A stretch of DNA of 64,000 bases from Takakia lepidozioides (taxonomy: Eukaryota > Plantae > Bryophyta). The position numbers and the translations under genes were made by a program. A model generated the notes under the pieces. That model ran no database searches and was not told the DNA's origin. It saw only the letters and a program-made list of their open reading frames with translations. This document shows positions 1 to 14,400 of the stretch, piece by piece; within the stretch, counting starts at the first letter, position 1; each line of letters begins with the position of its first letter. The DNA is taken from assembly GCA_030704615.1 (NCBI GenBank), contig CM060733.1, forward strand, positions 29,016,001 to 29,080,000, read 5' to 3'.

Positions 1-51
1 GATCTTTTTTGTAGAGGTAGAAGCTCACCGCATCATTCACTGTACATGCAG

Positions 52-567
52 ATTGCAAGCTTGGCTGAAGACCTGCGCTATGGCGAAATGGTGAAGCTGT
101 TGAACTATCTTGAAAAGGATGCACAAGAGTGAGTGGCCTGTGACTTTTATTTCCATATTGATGTGAAATGTATGTTGTTGAGTTGAGCAAGTACTAAGGT
201 TGTTAGGCTCAGTCAATGAAAGAATCAAGAATGGAGTACTCAAAGAAATGAAGCACTCAAAGGCCTAGCAGTCATGGTCCTCAAAATGCACTTACATGGA
301 AATATCTTGTTTTCTAGTTTCTGTTTTCTAGTTTTCTCGTTACAGATGACCATGTAGCATTCTGAAAGTGTGTTTGTTCTTCGTGGATGCAGCTTTCTAA
401 CAGAGGTGAAGGAGACTTTGGCTGCTTTTCATCCCATTCGATGTACAAAGCAAAGCAAGATAGAGACTACAATTGACTGGTCAACAGGGCTGGCCATCAC
501 CGGTGTGGTGGTGGTCCTCCTCTGGTTGATGCTGAGACGCAGGCGGGTGAAGCCCAAGATCAACTGA
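52..567 (+). CDS. KNS3: Last two exons (52-128, 393-567) of a KNS3/SPOT1 (At5g58100)-like single-pass membrane protein; 5' part lies outside the window
   Basis: AG acceptor at 50-51, GTGAGT donor at 129 and AG at 391-392 join in frame to IASLAEDLRYGEMVKLLNYLEKDAQD-FLTEVKETLAAFHPIRCTKQSK...TM helix...LRRRRVKPKIN*. This resembles the At5g58100-family C-terminus as recalled from memory (HPxxC...TM...KPKIN). Confidence 0.7.
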
Positions 568-1592
568 TCCATAAACCTTTCTCCATTTGAGCTCTTATTA
601 GGTAGATTCACTGTTGTATCTCTTCCTCCTTTCCTGCTCTTTCTTTCTTCTCTCATTCTCTCTTTCCCCCCGCCCGGCAGTGGACAAATGGACGTTGCTT
701 TAGGCTTTCCCCCTTCGAAAGTCAGAGTCAAAATGTGTCGAGTAAATCCATGTAACAGTACTTCGAGCCCCATCTTGGTTAATAGCGAGAAGTATTCACT
801 TTTTGAGCCGAGACCAGGCATTATGCGGTTAGCAAGTAGCAAGCAGTCTTTCATGTTCTCCCAATCAGCTCCTTCGCAGAGTAGAAGCTGAAGGTTCGGA
901 ATAAAGGTAATGAAGGTAGCTGACATAACTGCGGTGGATACAGAAGTCACAGAGTGGGTTGATGGGTGGCTTCAAGAGTTTGAACACTAAGTTACCTTAA
1001 CACGTGAGTTCCTCCCAGGGTTGCAGATGGGAGACTCGGGTTCGAATCTTGCCAGTACGTATAATATTGCATTTATACATTTATACCGACGACAGTGAAC
1101 CACAGCGCACGCAAGCGCAGGGTTGGCCCGCAGCAGAGCGTGCGGAGGAGGGCATCGCCTGCGTGTCCGTGGAGGGGATATTCACGGTAGCAATATATAT
1201 ACTTGTATTGGGCGGTGCATAGCTGCAAAGCATCTGGGATAATTCCCAGCATTTTTGTGGCGGTTTTTAGGCTGCGAACCCCATATACCATCCACTGTGG
1301 GCCCACAAACCCAATATCTCATCCACTTGGGGCTTCCGGAAGGAAGGCCTCATCCTACAGAAAGTCACTTTCGTCCATATAGGGATGAATGTCGTCGAAA
1401 ACAGCAGCACTGTCCTTGTCAAATGACTGCGAGTAGTGCACGTGGTTCAAAAACTCTTCTCTTTCTTCTTCTATGTATTCTCTCCGTGTCGCGTTCGTGT
1501 GTGCGGATTGTGGAGCTGCATTCCATGGATCCTTGACTCGATTGTATCTGTTGATTAGCTTTTGAAACTAGCTGTGAGCTGTGTCCACCGCC

Positions 1593-4500
1593 ATGTCCAT
1601 CTTGCAAGTGCCTTGCGGGGCTGCCATGCCCGCAGTCCTGGCTAATGTCTCTAATCCAACTTCGTGCTCGGAGGTTCATCTCTCCATAGAAAGAAACGCA
1701 CCTTTGGTGTTCAACCGGACATCTGTGCATCTGAAAGCATCGTCTGCTCTGTTGGCTGCTGACGATTCGCGGTCTGCTTGTTTCTCCGGACAGACTGCGG
1801 GCTTGGGATCGGCTGTTCGGCGTTCGGCGGGGAGGAAGTTGGCGTCCCGGAGGTTTCCGAAGCGATGCGGAATCCAGGGGTTGAAAGGTGCCGTGGTGTG
1901 TCAGGATGGAGGAGCTACCAATGTGCCTAGTAAGCTCACAGAGCAGGAGGAGTATGCCAAAGAGTGGGCTCATAAGCCCCGCCGTATTGCTCTATTTGTG
2001 GAACCGTCCCCCTTTGCGTATGTATCTTATTGCTGCTTTGAGAGAAGGATGTGTGGTGTGACTTTTCTCGTCGGAAGTGTTCTGCGGTTAGTAGTTTGAT
2101 GCAGACTAGAGATTGTGATACAATTTCGAAACCTGAATGGAGAGGCTGTTACTATTGGAGTTTTCATCAGTTCAAATGAATGTGCAAAGGAAGCGAGCTC
2201 TGTAACCAATCTGCATTGTGTATGGAAAATCCCACTTTGGGAAATTTCGTATCATTCCTCTTTTTTGCGGCCTATCTTATCACCATCATATCAAAGCTAC
2301 TACGAAGACCCCTGCAATTTGGAAAAGTCTTGGCAGAGTTGGAAGCCTGCAAGTGCAGAAGCTATACGTTCGACATGACTGCTCCACAATTGCAGGGCTC
2401 TTCATGGTAGCTCCAGCTTGGATGTAGTCCAACATCGATTTGTTGGACTTAACTCTTAGCTTACTAACGAGTTGGAGCTCGAATACAAAACTCTGCTGAG
2501 GAGTCAAATTATCTGCATGTGCTGTAGGTATGTTTCGGGTTACAAGAACCGCTATCAAAATTTCATACGGTACTTGCGAGAGCTGGGAGACGAGGTATTT
2601 CTGTTTTCTGTCTTTTTCAAATGTAAGTTCAGTTATGTGCATTTAATGAGTTTATACATGCACGAACAATTCTAAGGCTTTTCCAGTTTTCTAGAAGCAG
2701 CTCAGGAGAAATGTTAAGCTTAGCAGGTTACTCTCAAGTGGCAATTTGGTGCCGGACATCGAAATAGGCAACTGAGGAAATTCATCTTTTGAAATATATG
2801 TTAGAATGTCTTTGGCTACACTTACCTCTTGCACGTAGATATTTACACCAGTGCCCCTGTTCAGACTTTGGGAGAGAAAAAACGGACTATTCCAGCTTAA
2901 CTTTAAGCTATGGGCTCAAAGGCAACCTGAACGTCCAGGACAAACCTCTAATCGCACTTTACACGTTCATTCACAGGTACTGGTTGTCACCACACATGTA
3001 GGTGTGCCTGAAGACTTTTATGGGGCCAAAGTCATAGGCTCATGGAGGTATAGTAATTATGGCATTCAATCTGCTGATGATGAGGTTTTTTCGTGTCTGA
3101 AGCTCAATCTCAATTCTTACTGGCTCGTAACATATGCTTAGTAGTCTATGTGGATTGGATTTGATAAAAATCAATAGAATAGCATTGCATTTCTAACTCA
3201 ACTAGATAATGATTAAATGATGTCAGAATCGTCCAGAAGTTCAAGCTGAAACAATTTTGCAAGAATTCTGCACTTGTGATGTCTGAACTTTGTTCTAATG
3301 TGTTTCTTGCAGTTTGCCGTGTCCTTGGTACAAAACTGTACCACTGTCACTGGCTTTAAGCCCCCGTATTTACAAGGCAGTTGCCAACTTCAAACCTGAC
3401 ATAATTCATGCATCATCTCCAGGAATAATGGTAATATCTCGTCATGTTGATTACCTTTGTGTAAGGTACAAACATATAATAAGCAAAGGCTAGAGTCCAG
3501 TGGAAGTGCTTGTTTCATGTATAACCATGATATGGTGCACACTGATACCCAGGGTAGATATTGACTATTGACTTACATTCCTCAATCTTTCCAATGTGAA
3601 CCAGCTGAAGAGTTGGTTGCAGGCAGACATTCATTCTAATGGAGGGATCTGGCAATGGGACAGGTGTTCGGAGCGTTAGTCATAGCTAAGCTACTCAGTG
3701 TCCCCGTTGTAATGGCTTATCACACCCATGTACCCCTGTACGTGTATCTATCAATCTTTCTCTGGCTGGCTGCTCTGTCACTCGTGTCAAATGTATCATT
3801 GCTTCTTTTGCATCAACTTGTCTGAAGAGCATTTTGTTTCCTCCATGACTTGTCAATAGGGCAGCAATTGTAGATTTATCTGTGCTCAATTCTTTCTTTG
3901 GTCCATAACCTCATCCCCTCAGAAGCTTGCACTGCCTGTTTGTATCTTTTGACCAATTTAGAACTGGTCTCCCTCCTATTCATGCTCTCAGATGACCATT
4001 ATAGAAGGAAGGTGTAGATGTTTTCTTTCAATGTTTGTTTGGCTCTTACGTGGAATTTTTTAAAATACTGCCTAGGTAAATGACCTTCAGCAATTACGTA
4101 TTTGATTATGTACTAATTTTGAGAATTTGTTGTTACTCGGTTTCTGGTGCAGTCAGCTCTCTTCCTGCAAGAGACAGGGAGTTTTTTTTATCTAATCCGT
4201 AGTGCACCTTGATGTTTGTGCAGGTACATTCCAAAGTACACATTTAGTTGGCTAGTCAAGCCCATGTGGCTAATAATCAGTAAGTTTACCTTACATCACT
4301 CCCCTTTTGAATTGTCTTGACTGGAATATGGAATTGAAATTTATACCTTCAGCACCCCCTTAAGATAATAATTGGTCCTAACATTGAATCTACGTTGAGT
4401 CAAAGTGTGTTTGCCATGGCTAAGAAATGGGTATATTCTGCTAGAGATATGTTTATTTGTATAAAATTGCTCAAGATCTATGTTTTAACTGGGTACAAAT

Positions 4501-7307
4501 ATGGTGGGCATGAAGAGTTCTTGCATAGAGCAGCCGATCTCACTCTCGTTATGTCATCTCAACTCGGCAAGGAGTTGAAGGCTGCTGGTGCATCCACAGG
4601 TAACAGATGTCTATTCAGACAAGAATTGAACTACGTATTGGATTTATTTTGATGGTGAGGGTTGGTATTAGCTTGATATGTAGGATGTTTGGTAGAACTT
4701 GGCAAGCAACTGTCTGAAACCCCTGAGTGTTGTGCTGTGAACAGCGGAAAAAATTCGAATATGGCGGAAGGGGGTGGACTCAGAGAGCTTTCATCCACGC
4801 TTCAAGAGTGAGGAGATGCGCAACCGTCTCACGTAAGTTACCAACAAGTCTAGTTTTTTTTTGGTTTCTCTATTGTCATTGAGTCTGGTACTACGCCACA
4901 TTACTGCTGCCAAGCAAGCATCTTGACCAGTGCTAGCATTACATTGGGATTGCAAGCAGGTGGCACTTCTTGCTGGGGACACGAGTAGTGTGTTAGGTGA
5001 CACTATATCCTAGGATCTGTAGGCTTTTGGATGGGAGAATGGTATTTATTAACTCATCCTTTTCATTCTTCCCCCATCACGACAAGCGATTTCTTATCCA
5101 TGCATGGAGATGTCCTGCTTACCCTAAGTTCCTATCTATGCTGGTGATCTTGCAGCGATGGAGTGCCAGAAACTCCTCTTATTGTCCATGTGGGTCGGCT
5201 TGGTGCAGAGAAGAACCTTGACTTGTTGAAACAGTGAGTTCTTATTAATATATTTCTTTCTCTTATTCTGTGTATTGGTAAAATCCATCCACACAGAAGG
5301 TTTATACTCCATTGATTTCTGTTTAATCTGGTAAAAATTAGCACTAGTCTGGAAAGTCTCCTTTAAAGCTTTAGGTACCAATTTTTTTTTAAGTTTGTTC
5401 AAGTGAGATGGGGACAGGGGCAAACACAGAGTCTTTGTTTCAGGAATACCTCGCTGGCTCAGTGAATGTTGAAGTAAATAGTTATTCTGGGAGGACGGGT
5501 AGCTAGTGGAAGTAACTTTCTGAAATGGAATGAGCTAATGTATTCTCAGTATCTTAAAAAAATTCTGAAATTCCTGAGCTGGTGCAAGGCACAGGTTGAG
5601 AATTTGTTGAGTAGTCCTAAGTCAGCCTAGCCTACAATCAAGCAAATCATGACTTTTACTGACTGGTTTCACTTGTTGGTGTTCCTTATCGATGTCCAAC
5701 AAAATGGTGGCCTACTTTGCATTTCTTTGCCCCTTTGTATCCCCTCTCAATATATAGAGAAAAGTTGAAGATTGTCCTGTGAATCTGTAAACGACCGCAG
5801 GGTGATGAAGAGGTTACCTGGCGTACGGCTGGCGTTTATCGGTGATGGGCCATACAGGTGAAGCCCTCCGACACACTTTAGCGGCATAACACTGACAGGA
5901 TTCGTCTCTTGTATCGTAGCAATGCCAGCTGGAATGTAGACACTAATTAAGTTTGTGTACTTCACTACTCGCTCAGTAGCCATGGAATCAGGAGGTTAGT
6001 TGTGCTTGACTATCAATGATAAGCCCGTTCTGTCCATTTTGCACTAGTTATCATTTCTTTTATCTTTGTCATTGGCATAGGGGTTGGCAGTGCTAAATCA
6101 TCTTCCAGCAATCTATTTTGACTGGCAAGGACTAGAGTTCTTAAAATTTTGGTCTGGGAAGCTGAGTATGAAATTTGTGTGAATTCAGGCGAGACCTGGA
6201 GCAAATGTTTCAGGGAATGAGTGTTACCTTCACTGGAATGCTACAAGGGGAAGAACTCTCCCAAGCATATGCAAGTGGGGATATATTCGTTACTCCTTCT
6301 GAGTCGGAAACTCTGGGATTTGTTGTCCTTGAGGCTATGGCATCTGGAGTGCCTGTTGTTGCTGCCCGGGCAGGCGGGATTCCCGAAATTGTGAACCAGG
6401 ATGGGGTGACAGGGTTCCTTTTCACACCTGGAGATGTTGATGATTGTGTTGCAAAGTTGAAAGCTTTCTTAGACTCGCCAGAGCTCCGGCAGAAAATCGG
6501 CTCTGCAGGTACATATATCCCATATGCCCTGTGGTATGATATTCCTTGTTTGATGTACTCACTGGCCAGTCCGGTTGAAGGTTATCCACAATGTTACAAA
6601 TCTCAGCTCCGAGTTTTTGCAAGACTCCACTTTATGCCTGTCTTGATATCAATGCCACCTCCTAATCACCACTGTATCCCCTGAAATTAACATTGTTTCG
6701 AACTACCAATGAAGATGAAGTCAACCAAATGAAATCTCTACCCTCCTTTGTAGTTTGAAAGCTACCAATGTTGCTCAATTTTTTTTATTTTAACCATTAT
6801 AAGGTCTAGTTACTGGTTTTTCAGATAACTAAGTTACCTCTCAGAAAAACATTTTGTGTAGTGCAAAGCACCTGCCTGATGAGTTCCCATGATTTGAGGA
6901 GCCAGAGGGTGTCTAAGTGTTGCTAAAACTTCTTGAGGGGAGGTTGTCTACAATGTCGTGGAAACCAGCTGATATTTGCTTTTAAGTCACGTTCATGTGC
7001 TGAAGTGGCCTTGCAACACTGTTATGTTCAATCTCAGGGCGATAACCTGTAACCAACAGTTCCATTTGTGCGTCCTCTAACGTAGAGGTCATTTAGTGCC
7101 CTCAAAATAGCCGAGGACACTAATCAGCAGGTTTTTACGGTGTCTACAGGTCGTGCTGAAGTGGAAAACTTTGACTGGCGGGCAAGCACGAAGCAAGTAC
7201 GGAATGAGCAATATAGTGCTGCTATCTGGTTTTGGCGGAGACGTAAAGAGCAGTTGTCAAAGCGATTTTCAAGGTGGTTCAAGCGACCTGAATTACAGGC
7301 TTCTTGA
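1593..7307 (+). CDS. SQD2: Sulfoquinovosyldiacylglycerol synthase (GT4 glycosyltransferase); 12 exons: 1593-2017, 2528-2594, 2977-3047, 3313-3430, 3664-3737, 4224-4279, 4516-4599, 4745-4832, 5156-5233, 5801-5857, 6189-6508, 7150-7307
   Basis: GT-AG splicing gives [78 protein letters not shown] and [22 protein letters not shown]. The N-terminus is transit-peptide-like. Confidence 0.95.
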
Positions 7308-8426
7308 TTATCTTTTCCCAGAGTATTTCAGTCGCAAAGCAGAAGTCAGCTTTCTCTGTTCGCCTTGTTACACGGGCTGGTACTGAGCATTGGTATACTG
7401 TTCTGAGGGCGGTTACTTGATGGATAGCAGAATCCCATACAGCCCTGGAGGACTAGGCTCTTAGATACGATGTGTACTCTAAGCATGTATGTTGCACAAT
7501 CTCCCAATATTGTAGTGTGTTGGTCAGGTTTTAGTACCTGACATGAGATCTAGGAGGGGTTATTCTTTCGCTGTGCCATGGTTACCATTTTCCTCTGAAG
7601 GTTTATGAGCAGCAGCATTTCTCCATCAAGAGTGGAACTTCTACAGAGTGTGTAGAGTTCTGAAAACAAAGAATGGTTTGAGTACTGATATTTCTAGGAT
7701 GATTTAAACCTTGACATTGTACATCTGGCTTGAGCTAGTCACATTTATGTGATTACCATTCCACCAAAAATAAAAGTGAAAATCTTGTGGTACTTGGCTC
7801 TTGCGGGCTCCCCGGGCAGAAGCTTTCTTTTGAGCATCCCTTGTGTCCCGGATGCTTGGAAACAAACGCCATGTTATTACAGAGAGTATGTTTCAAACTA
7901 CCTGTTGATTGTATTGTTGCCACTGTGCTTCAAGTATGACTCTAAGATATTTTCCAGCTGCTGAATCACTCCAGTATGCCTAGTAACTTTGTAAGTTGTA
8001 ATCTACGACAGAAGTATCGTACTTTGCTGTCAGATTCGACACCTGGGTGCCCAAATATTTGGCACTTCATATTTTGTGTTCTAGGGTTCCAGCAATTTAG
8101 GAGTAGAATTTTCGACACCTCGATACAAGCTCCGCAACGGTAGGCAGTTCACGTTTTACATGTTTAATTCCATTACGTATTTTCTTTTTTAATACAGGGG
8201 GAAGTTCGGAATTCACCTGATTTGTGTTTGTGAAATATGTTTTTAACCAGTGAAAGCCACCGGTAACTGGCTGGAGACCGGTGAAAGCCGGTGGCTGTTG
8301 CTTCTTCTTCCCTGCTCTTTCGCACAAGCGTGGCCTTCGTCGTCCTGCGCCTGGGATCTGGGCGTGGAAGAATTGCTGCGATTCATGTTCTGAATCTCGG
8401 GATGCAGGCAGGGAGGAGATAGCACC

Positions 8427-11400
8427 ATGAGCGTGCGCATGCTGTCACGGCCGCTCTCTTCTTCGGGACCAAATCCATCGCCGTCTTTGTCCCTCGCATC
8501 CTCAGCATCAGCAGGTGTACCGGCATCCATCCCTCTTTCCCCGCCCTCAACGGCGTCCTCTCCACCCTCCTCTCCACCGCATCTTTCTTTTCCATTGCCT
8601 GCTTCCCCTCACTCTGCGCCCACGCGCTCTTCCCCGTCGAACCCTCCGCCCTCGACATCCAACCCTCCATCAATCTCGCTCCCATCCTCTTCCTTTTCTC
8701 ATGCTTTTGCTGCAGCAGGTCGCTCGGGGCCTGGGTCTTCTGTCGCCGGTTCTTTAGGGGCACCATTGCCAGGAAGCAATGGGGTTGTAGTTATAGGTGT
8801 AATTAGCCGCTCGGAAGAGGATGCATCACAGCTTTTGGATCGTCTTCTCGATGCCCAGGTATTTGGTGGAGGGGGAAGGTCTTTGCTTCGAAAGAAGGAT
8901 GGCCAGGGGTCCTCTGGGCTCCAACCATCCCCCGGTACTTCTGCAAGAGAGTTTGAAGAGAAAGGAAACGGAAGCCCTAATTCTCAAGTTGGGCTACCTA
9001 ACAGCTCGAACCCTGATGGAAGTTCCCATATCCAAGAAGATGGAGTGGTCTCAAGCGAGGCCGCCAAAAGAACTCACAGCCAGATTCTGGAGGAGGCAAG
9101 TACGCACAGGAATGGCGAAATTGAACTAGATTCAGTTGAAGGGGCAATGGAGAATGACCGCAGCACTAGTGCCCAGAGGTCCATGCATACACCCCAAATC
9201 AATTCCCGACTAGAGGGGGAAGAGGAACTTAGAGAGGGAGGGTCCAGCTTAGGACTGAACGAATGGATATCAGGAAAGCTGAAGCATTACTACGATGAAG
9301 AGAGAGGAGTGCTTTATGTACAATTTGTGTGGGGAGCATGGCCTCTGGACTTCCTAAAGGAGGAAAGGGTGGAAAGCTTGGCAGAAAGGCTTGAGCGTTG
9401 CGAGGCCAGCAGCTTGTGCGGGCTCTTGTTCATGTTTTCTGTAAGGTTTTGCTTTCCCACCCTCCACCCTGAAGCCCGTTATTGTATGTTTCCGCTTTGT
9501 TTCTACATGGTGCTCAGGACTTCATTCCAGATGGGAAGGGAGAGGCCAGGGGGTTCATGGGTTGTCTTTGATTCGGCTGTTTCTCTTCTGGCGGACAGAA
9601 TTTCTATTGGGAAAGCCCTGGTAGCATGATGTCAATGGTAGATATGTCCACAGGGTCCTGTCAGTCTGGACACCTGCCCCCAAAAAGCTGCAGCCAACTC
9701 TGAAATTGGACTTTTTCCGAGGGAAGCAAAAGATACAGCTCTTGGGGCCCAGCCCATTTGATCCAACATATGTTTTTCCTCATGCTCATGCCAAATCATC
9801 AGGTCTAACTCTTGTTGTGAAGTAGCTGGAAGCTCTTGGAGAAGTTGGAAGCCAACTGTAAGTAATCATCTATTCTCAGTCAGTGCAGCTTCAAGCAAAG
9901 TGAAGTTAGATTGCTGATCATGGAGGCAAAGATCGCTGATTACAGGTGTGCCACATCATCCTGATTCTTCAAGAGGGTGCCCGATTTGACCCAAGGTACT
10001 TGCGCATGTTTCGAACTCTTCAAGCTGCAAAGCACACGCAGGGACCCTTTGTGAAGACCCAAGTGCTCCCAGGCCTCCTTCCTGCCCCCACCTCTAGGCC
10101 CACCCCCCCACCCCTCCGACCCGTGTCTCTAGCCTCCAGCAATGCTTCAGGAAGGAATGCAGGTGTCACAGGGCGGCAAGCATCGACCATAGCTCTTATG
10201 TCAGGTTCAGCCCCCGTCTTGTTTCCTGGGCAGTGTACACCAGTTGCTCTGTTTGTCTGCTTGGATGATTTTCCAGAGCCACCAACTGTAGGCACCCCTG
10301 TTCCTGTCTCCAATGGATCTCGTTCTGATGACGCATCAGAGACCACAGGGGCTTCTTTCAGTATGCAAACAGGGTCTGCTCCTTCTTTGTCTCCTGGAAA
10401 TGCCTACATCCTGAGACAAGGATTGCAGTCAAAGTCCTCAGGTTTGATGTCTGGGCCAGTCAGGCCTGGAAACAAGATAGAGACGGGTTTCCGCAAGAAG
10501 ATCCAGTCATCAACAGAGGCTCAAATTCGGTTTTTACTTAAGAAATGTCGGACAGTGGCAAGTGTGGCTGGAGAAGGCGGATCTATTGGGTCTGCGGTGG
10601 GTGCTGGCATGGGTCCAAGGGGACCTGGCAGTGGAGTTGGTTCACTTCCTGGGGGTGGAGGTGGAGGAGCACTCTTTGCCCTTGATCCAAGTAGGGCAGT
10701 AGTCCTGCTTGATCGATCCGGTAACCGGCATGGGGAAGCTCTACATGCTGCTACAGATATGCTCGCAGAAATGTTGAGGAGAAAGGAAGGAGCAGCCCAT
10801 GCAGTTTGGGATCTCACAGGTAAAGTTTCTAGCTTATCCCAGTCATTGCATTTAACCCATGTAAATAGAACATCGATAACACGTAGTAACATGAGCAGGT
10901 GAGATGACATGGCTCTACAGCTATCATGGTCACGCTGTATATGCAGCACTACATTATCCCTTACAATTGTCTGGCCATGACTTTGATTACCATTTATGTT
11001 TGGGTTAGATATCCTGTGCTTTTTTCCTACAGTCTGTCATCGCAAGAAGTGTTCTATCCCGACGCTCGCTTGGAGCATACTTATGACTACTGATGTTTGT
11101 CTTCTCAGCATGTAGACTAGTTCAGCTGGTTCAGTATGGCGAGTTTAAGCTCTATCTAAGGCTCTTCTCTCCATGAAGTCTGTTTGTATTACCATGGGTC
11201 AGTTTTTCCGTGGTTGCAGAAGGCAATGGGGTGGCAGGTGAGGACCTGCAAGCAATTAGGGACTTTCTATGGAGACATACTGAGATATTGAGAGGGAGGG
11301 GGGGAATCTCCAACAGTTCAGCAGGAGGCTCTGCTGGAGTAGGGATGGTCGCTGCCGCCGCTGCTGCAGCAGCAGCATCAGCTGCGGCAGGAGCTTCGGG

Positions 11401-14400
11401 GGGAGCCAGTGGAACCGCAAAGCCTTTACATAACCCCCCTGAGCTCCCTACCATATCAGGGTGGCTTTCAGCATGCCAGATTTTGGTGGACGGTCTATCC
11501 TCCGCTTGGGAAGGCCGGGGGAAGGGAGAGGGTGAGGTTGAGAAAGGGGAACTTGACAAGGGTAAAAAAGGAGTACTTGTAAAAGGCTTGGAAGGTCCCC
11601 GAACAGCACTGAAGAAAAGCTCTACCAGTTCGCCAGAGAAAGGTAGCAGGAACTCTGCGATGACAGTCAGCACACTGAGTACGGTTCGAAACCGGGGTTC
11701 ATCCCTTGAGGGAGCTATCTCAAGCCTGGATAGTGGTGTAAACCTGGACCTAAAATTCTCAATGGCTTGGTGCATGAGAGTATTGCCTTCTGCCCGGGAG
11801 GTTTACCTGAGGGGTCTTCCTCCTTGCTACCCTACCACACTTCACAGAGCCCATCTGGAAAGGGCTTTGCGCGCATTTCGGGCTATGGTGAGAGGGCCTG
11901 CTGTCTCCCTTTATGCTGAGAAGCTGAAGGCAGAGTGTGAGGCTGTTTGGCATGCAGGCAAGCAGCTCTGTGATGCTGAGAGCCTGACGGGCAAGCCCTG
12001 TATTCACCAGGTACATGAAGTCATTGACCTTACTGTTGCAAAGACAGAAGCTGGGACGATGAAACTGCAAGAGCGGTCTACCAAAGGTAGGAATTTCCAT
12101 TTGCTGGTGCAGTGTTGTATGCTGGCCATTCCATTTTCTCTTTTATACAGCATTCACTTAGAAAATGTGCAAGTTCAGATTGTGTGAGCAACTCATGACC
12201 TTCAACCAAACTGTCTTTTGGCTCTGCTGCAGGGAAGAACAGGCGTTTATCAAAGCCACATTCAAGTGGGGTTGTATTTCTGCATGCCTGTGCCTGTGGG
12301 AGGTCGAGGCGGCTGAGAAACGACCCATTTGATTACGAGAGTGCAAATGTAACCTTCTTCCAGTTTCCCAATTGTGAGAATTTGTTGCCCTCTCTGGCTA
12401 TGCGATCTAGCGACAGTGACAGCTCCCATGGAGGGTCGTCATGGAGTCTTGTCCGCCTTGGAAATGCTGGGTACTATCAGCCCTCAGTGGGCTTAATGCA
12501 GACTGGATTTTGCGCAAAGCAGAATTTTTTGTCACCTTGGGATATTCTGGTAGTATTCCAGAAAGATTCTACTGCAGATTCTAGTTTGAAGGAGGATGTT
12601 GTTGATGTCCTTCCTTTAAACACTAGCAATGCAGTAACTGAGAGCGAACAGCTCACAAGTAAGCCAAAGCTTTTACTCCCCAGGCCTCAGACAGGTTTAG
12701 TAGATCCAAAATCTGCCGGACACATGCAACACAAATTGTACAGCAAAGTGACAGAGAAGGGATCCTTGACTGAGGTGCGGTTGCCTTCTGTAAGATCTAC
12801 CTTGGAAGGATCAGACAGTCACAGGGCAATGACAACCTTCACTTCAAAGGCCAACTATGGTGGAGATTCAGCCTTCCCTCCACTGCCACAAAAGCATGAG
12901 AGGCTGACACCAGCAAAAGCTAAGCAAACAAGTGGGAAGGAGAGGAAGGACTTAATAGCTTCACAGCCATTCCAAAGGGACCGTCATCCGGGGTCTAAAG
13001 AACATCCAGTGGTTATGACTGCAGAGAAGAACTCTGATGGCAGGGAAGCTGGGGAAGAAGAGAAAGCAGAAATTTGGTCTGCTGGTGCTGATACAGTCTC
13101 AGTCAAGGCTGGGGCAAATGTGTCAGTTTCACGAACAGGTCACTTTCGTGTGTATATTGGGTTTGAGTTTGAATGCCCCCATGGCCACCGTTTCTTCCTC
13201 TCTCTAGATCACCTTCAGGGTCTGGGTCCCCATTATGCCGAACAAATCTCTGACTTTTTCCATTCTACAACTAAGCAGGAAAGTGAAAATGGGGCTGTAT
13301 TGAAGCAAACTAGGCAAGATCGCAGGGCTAGTGTGATGAAAGAACATCAGAAGCCAATGAAATCCCCAATTGGTGTTCTTGGTGGAGGTTTGGAGGGTGC
13401 TGGGAAATCTTCTGGGGCCTCTTTTCTTTCAAACATGCAAGTGGAACGAAAAGCTCGAGAGGGTCTGGAGTTCATGCGTGTCAGTGAATGCTCTGGAGAG
13501 GGACATACATTACTGGGTCTGAATCTGCCCATATACTTGAACTGCCCCCACTGCAAGGACTCTGACAGCAGCGATAAGAAAGCAAATGGTGTAGTTTTTG
13601 CAGGTTCTGTAGCCCAGCTACAGCGCATCTTCTTGGTATGTATGACTCCACCAATCAACATTGTTTGCTCATAGAATCCAGCCTCACTAACAGATTGAAC
13701 CCTTTTAAGCATCTCCTCATTTGCCAAATATTCCCTTTTGTGTTGGGCCTGGTTAATTTGCTTGTTATGGTCCATGGGAAAGATTGTATACAAACTAATT
13801 GGAGGACACTACTGTTCAGGTCACACCTTCGGTCCCGCTGGTTTTTGCTTCCCGAGCTGTGGTTCAATTTGAGGTTGGCTATCTTTAACGCACCCACGTG
13901 TGTATTAGTCTAGCATATCTCAAATCCTTTAAAACTTTTTGGCTGTCTTGTCCTGGTTACTAGGTTATTCAAGGACAGGTTTTGCTCTTTACCATATTAA
14001 GAAACCAGTGCCAGATTTCCACAGCTGAAACCGAAGTTCAAAGTGTTGGAAAACCACTGGCGTGTGGTCGGGCTAGGGATTGAACCTAGGACCTCCCCCA
14101 TTCCGGTGTGGTGCTCTACCACTGAGCTACCCATCCCGTTCTGTTCTCAAAGTGCCGTGCAAGGCTATAACCTTGACACTCCAACACTCCCCCTCAAGGC
14201 ATAGCCCTTATAGCTAATGCCCACCCATTCTGACCACCGCCCCAACCTTGGCTCTGATACCATGTTGGAAAACCACTGGCGTGTGGTCGGGCTAGGGATT
14301 GAACCTAGGACCTCCCCCATTCCGGTGGGGTGCTCTACCACTGAGCTACCCATCCCGTTCTGTTCTCAAAGTGCCGTGCAAGGGCTATAACCTTGACACT

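Noticed and set aside
429-950. 173-aa - strand ORF, and other antisense ORFs over SQD2, SMG8 and pol
   Set aside because: They are shadows of real + strand coding or UTR sequence with no recognisable motifs.
6875-6900. CTGATGAG hammerhead ribozyme core
   Set aside because: No matching GAAA core or flanking stems seen.
14065-14355. Two functional tRNA genes
   Set aside because: 6-nt anticodon loop, acceptor-stem mismatch, and both copies lie within LTRs.
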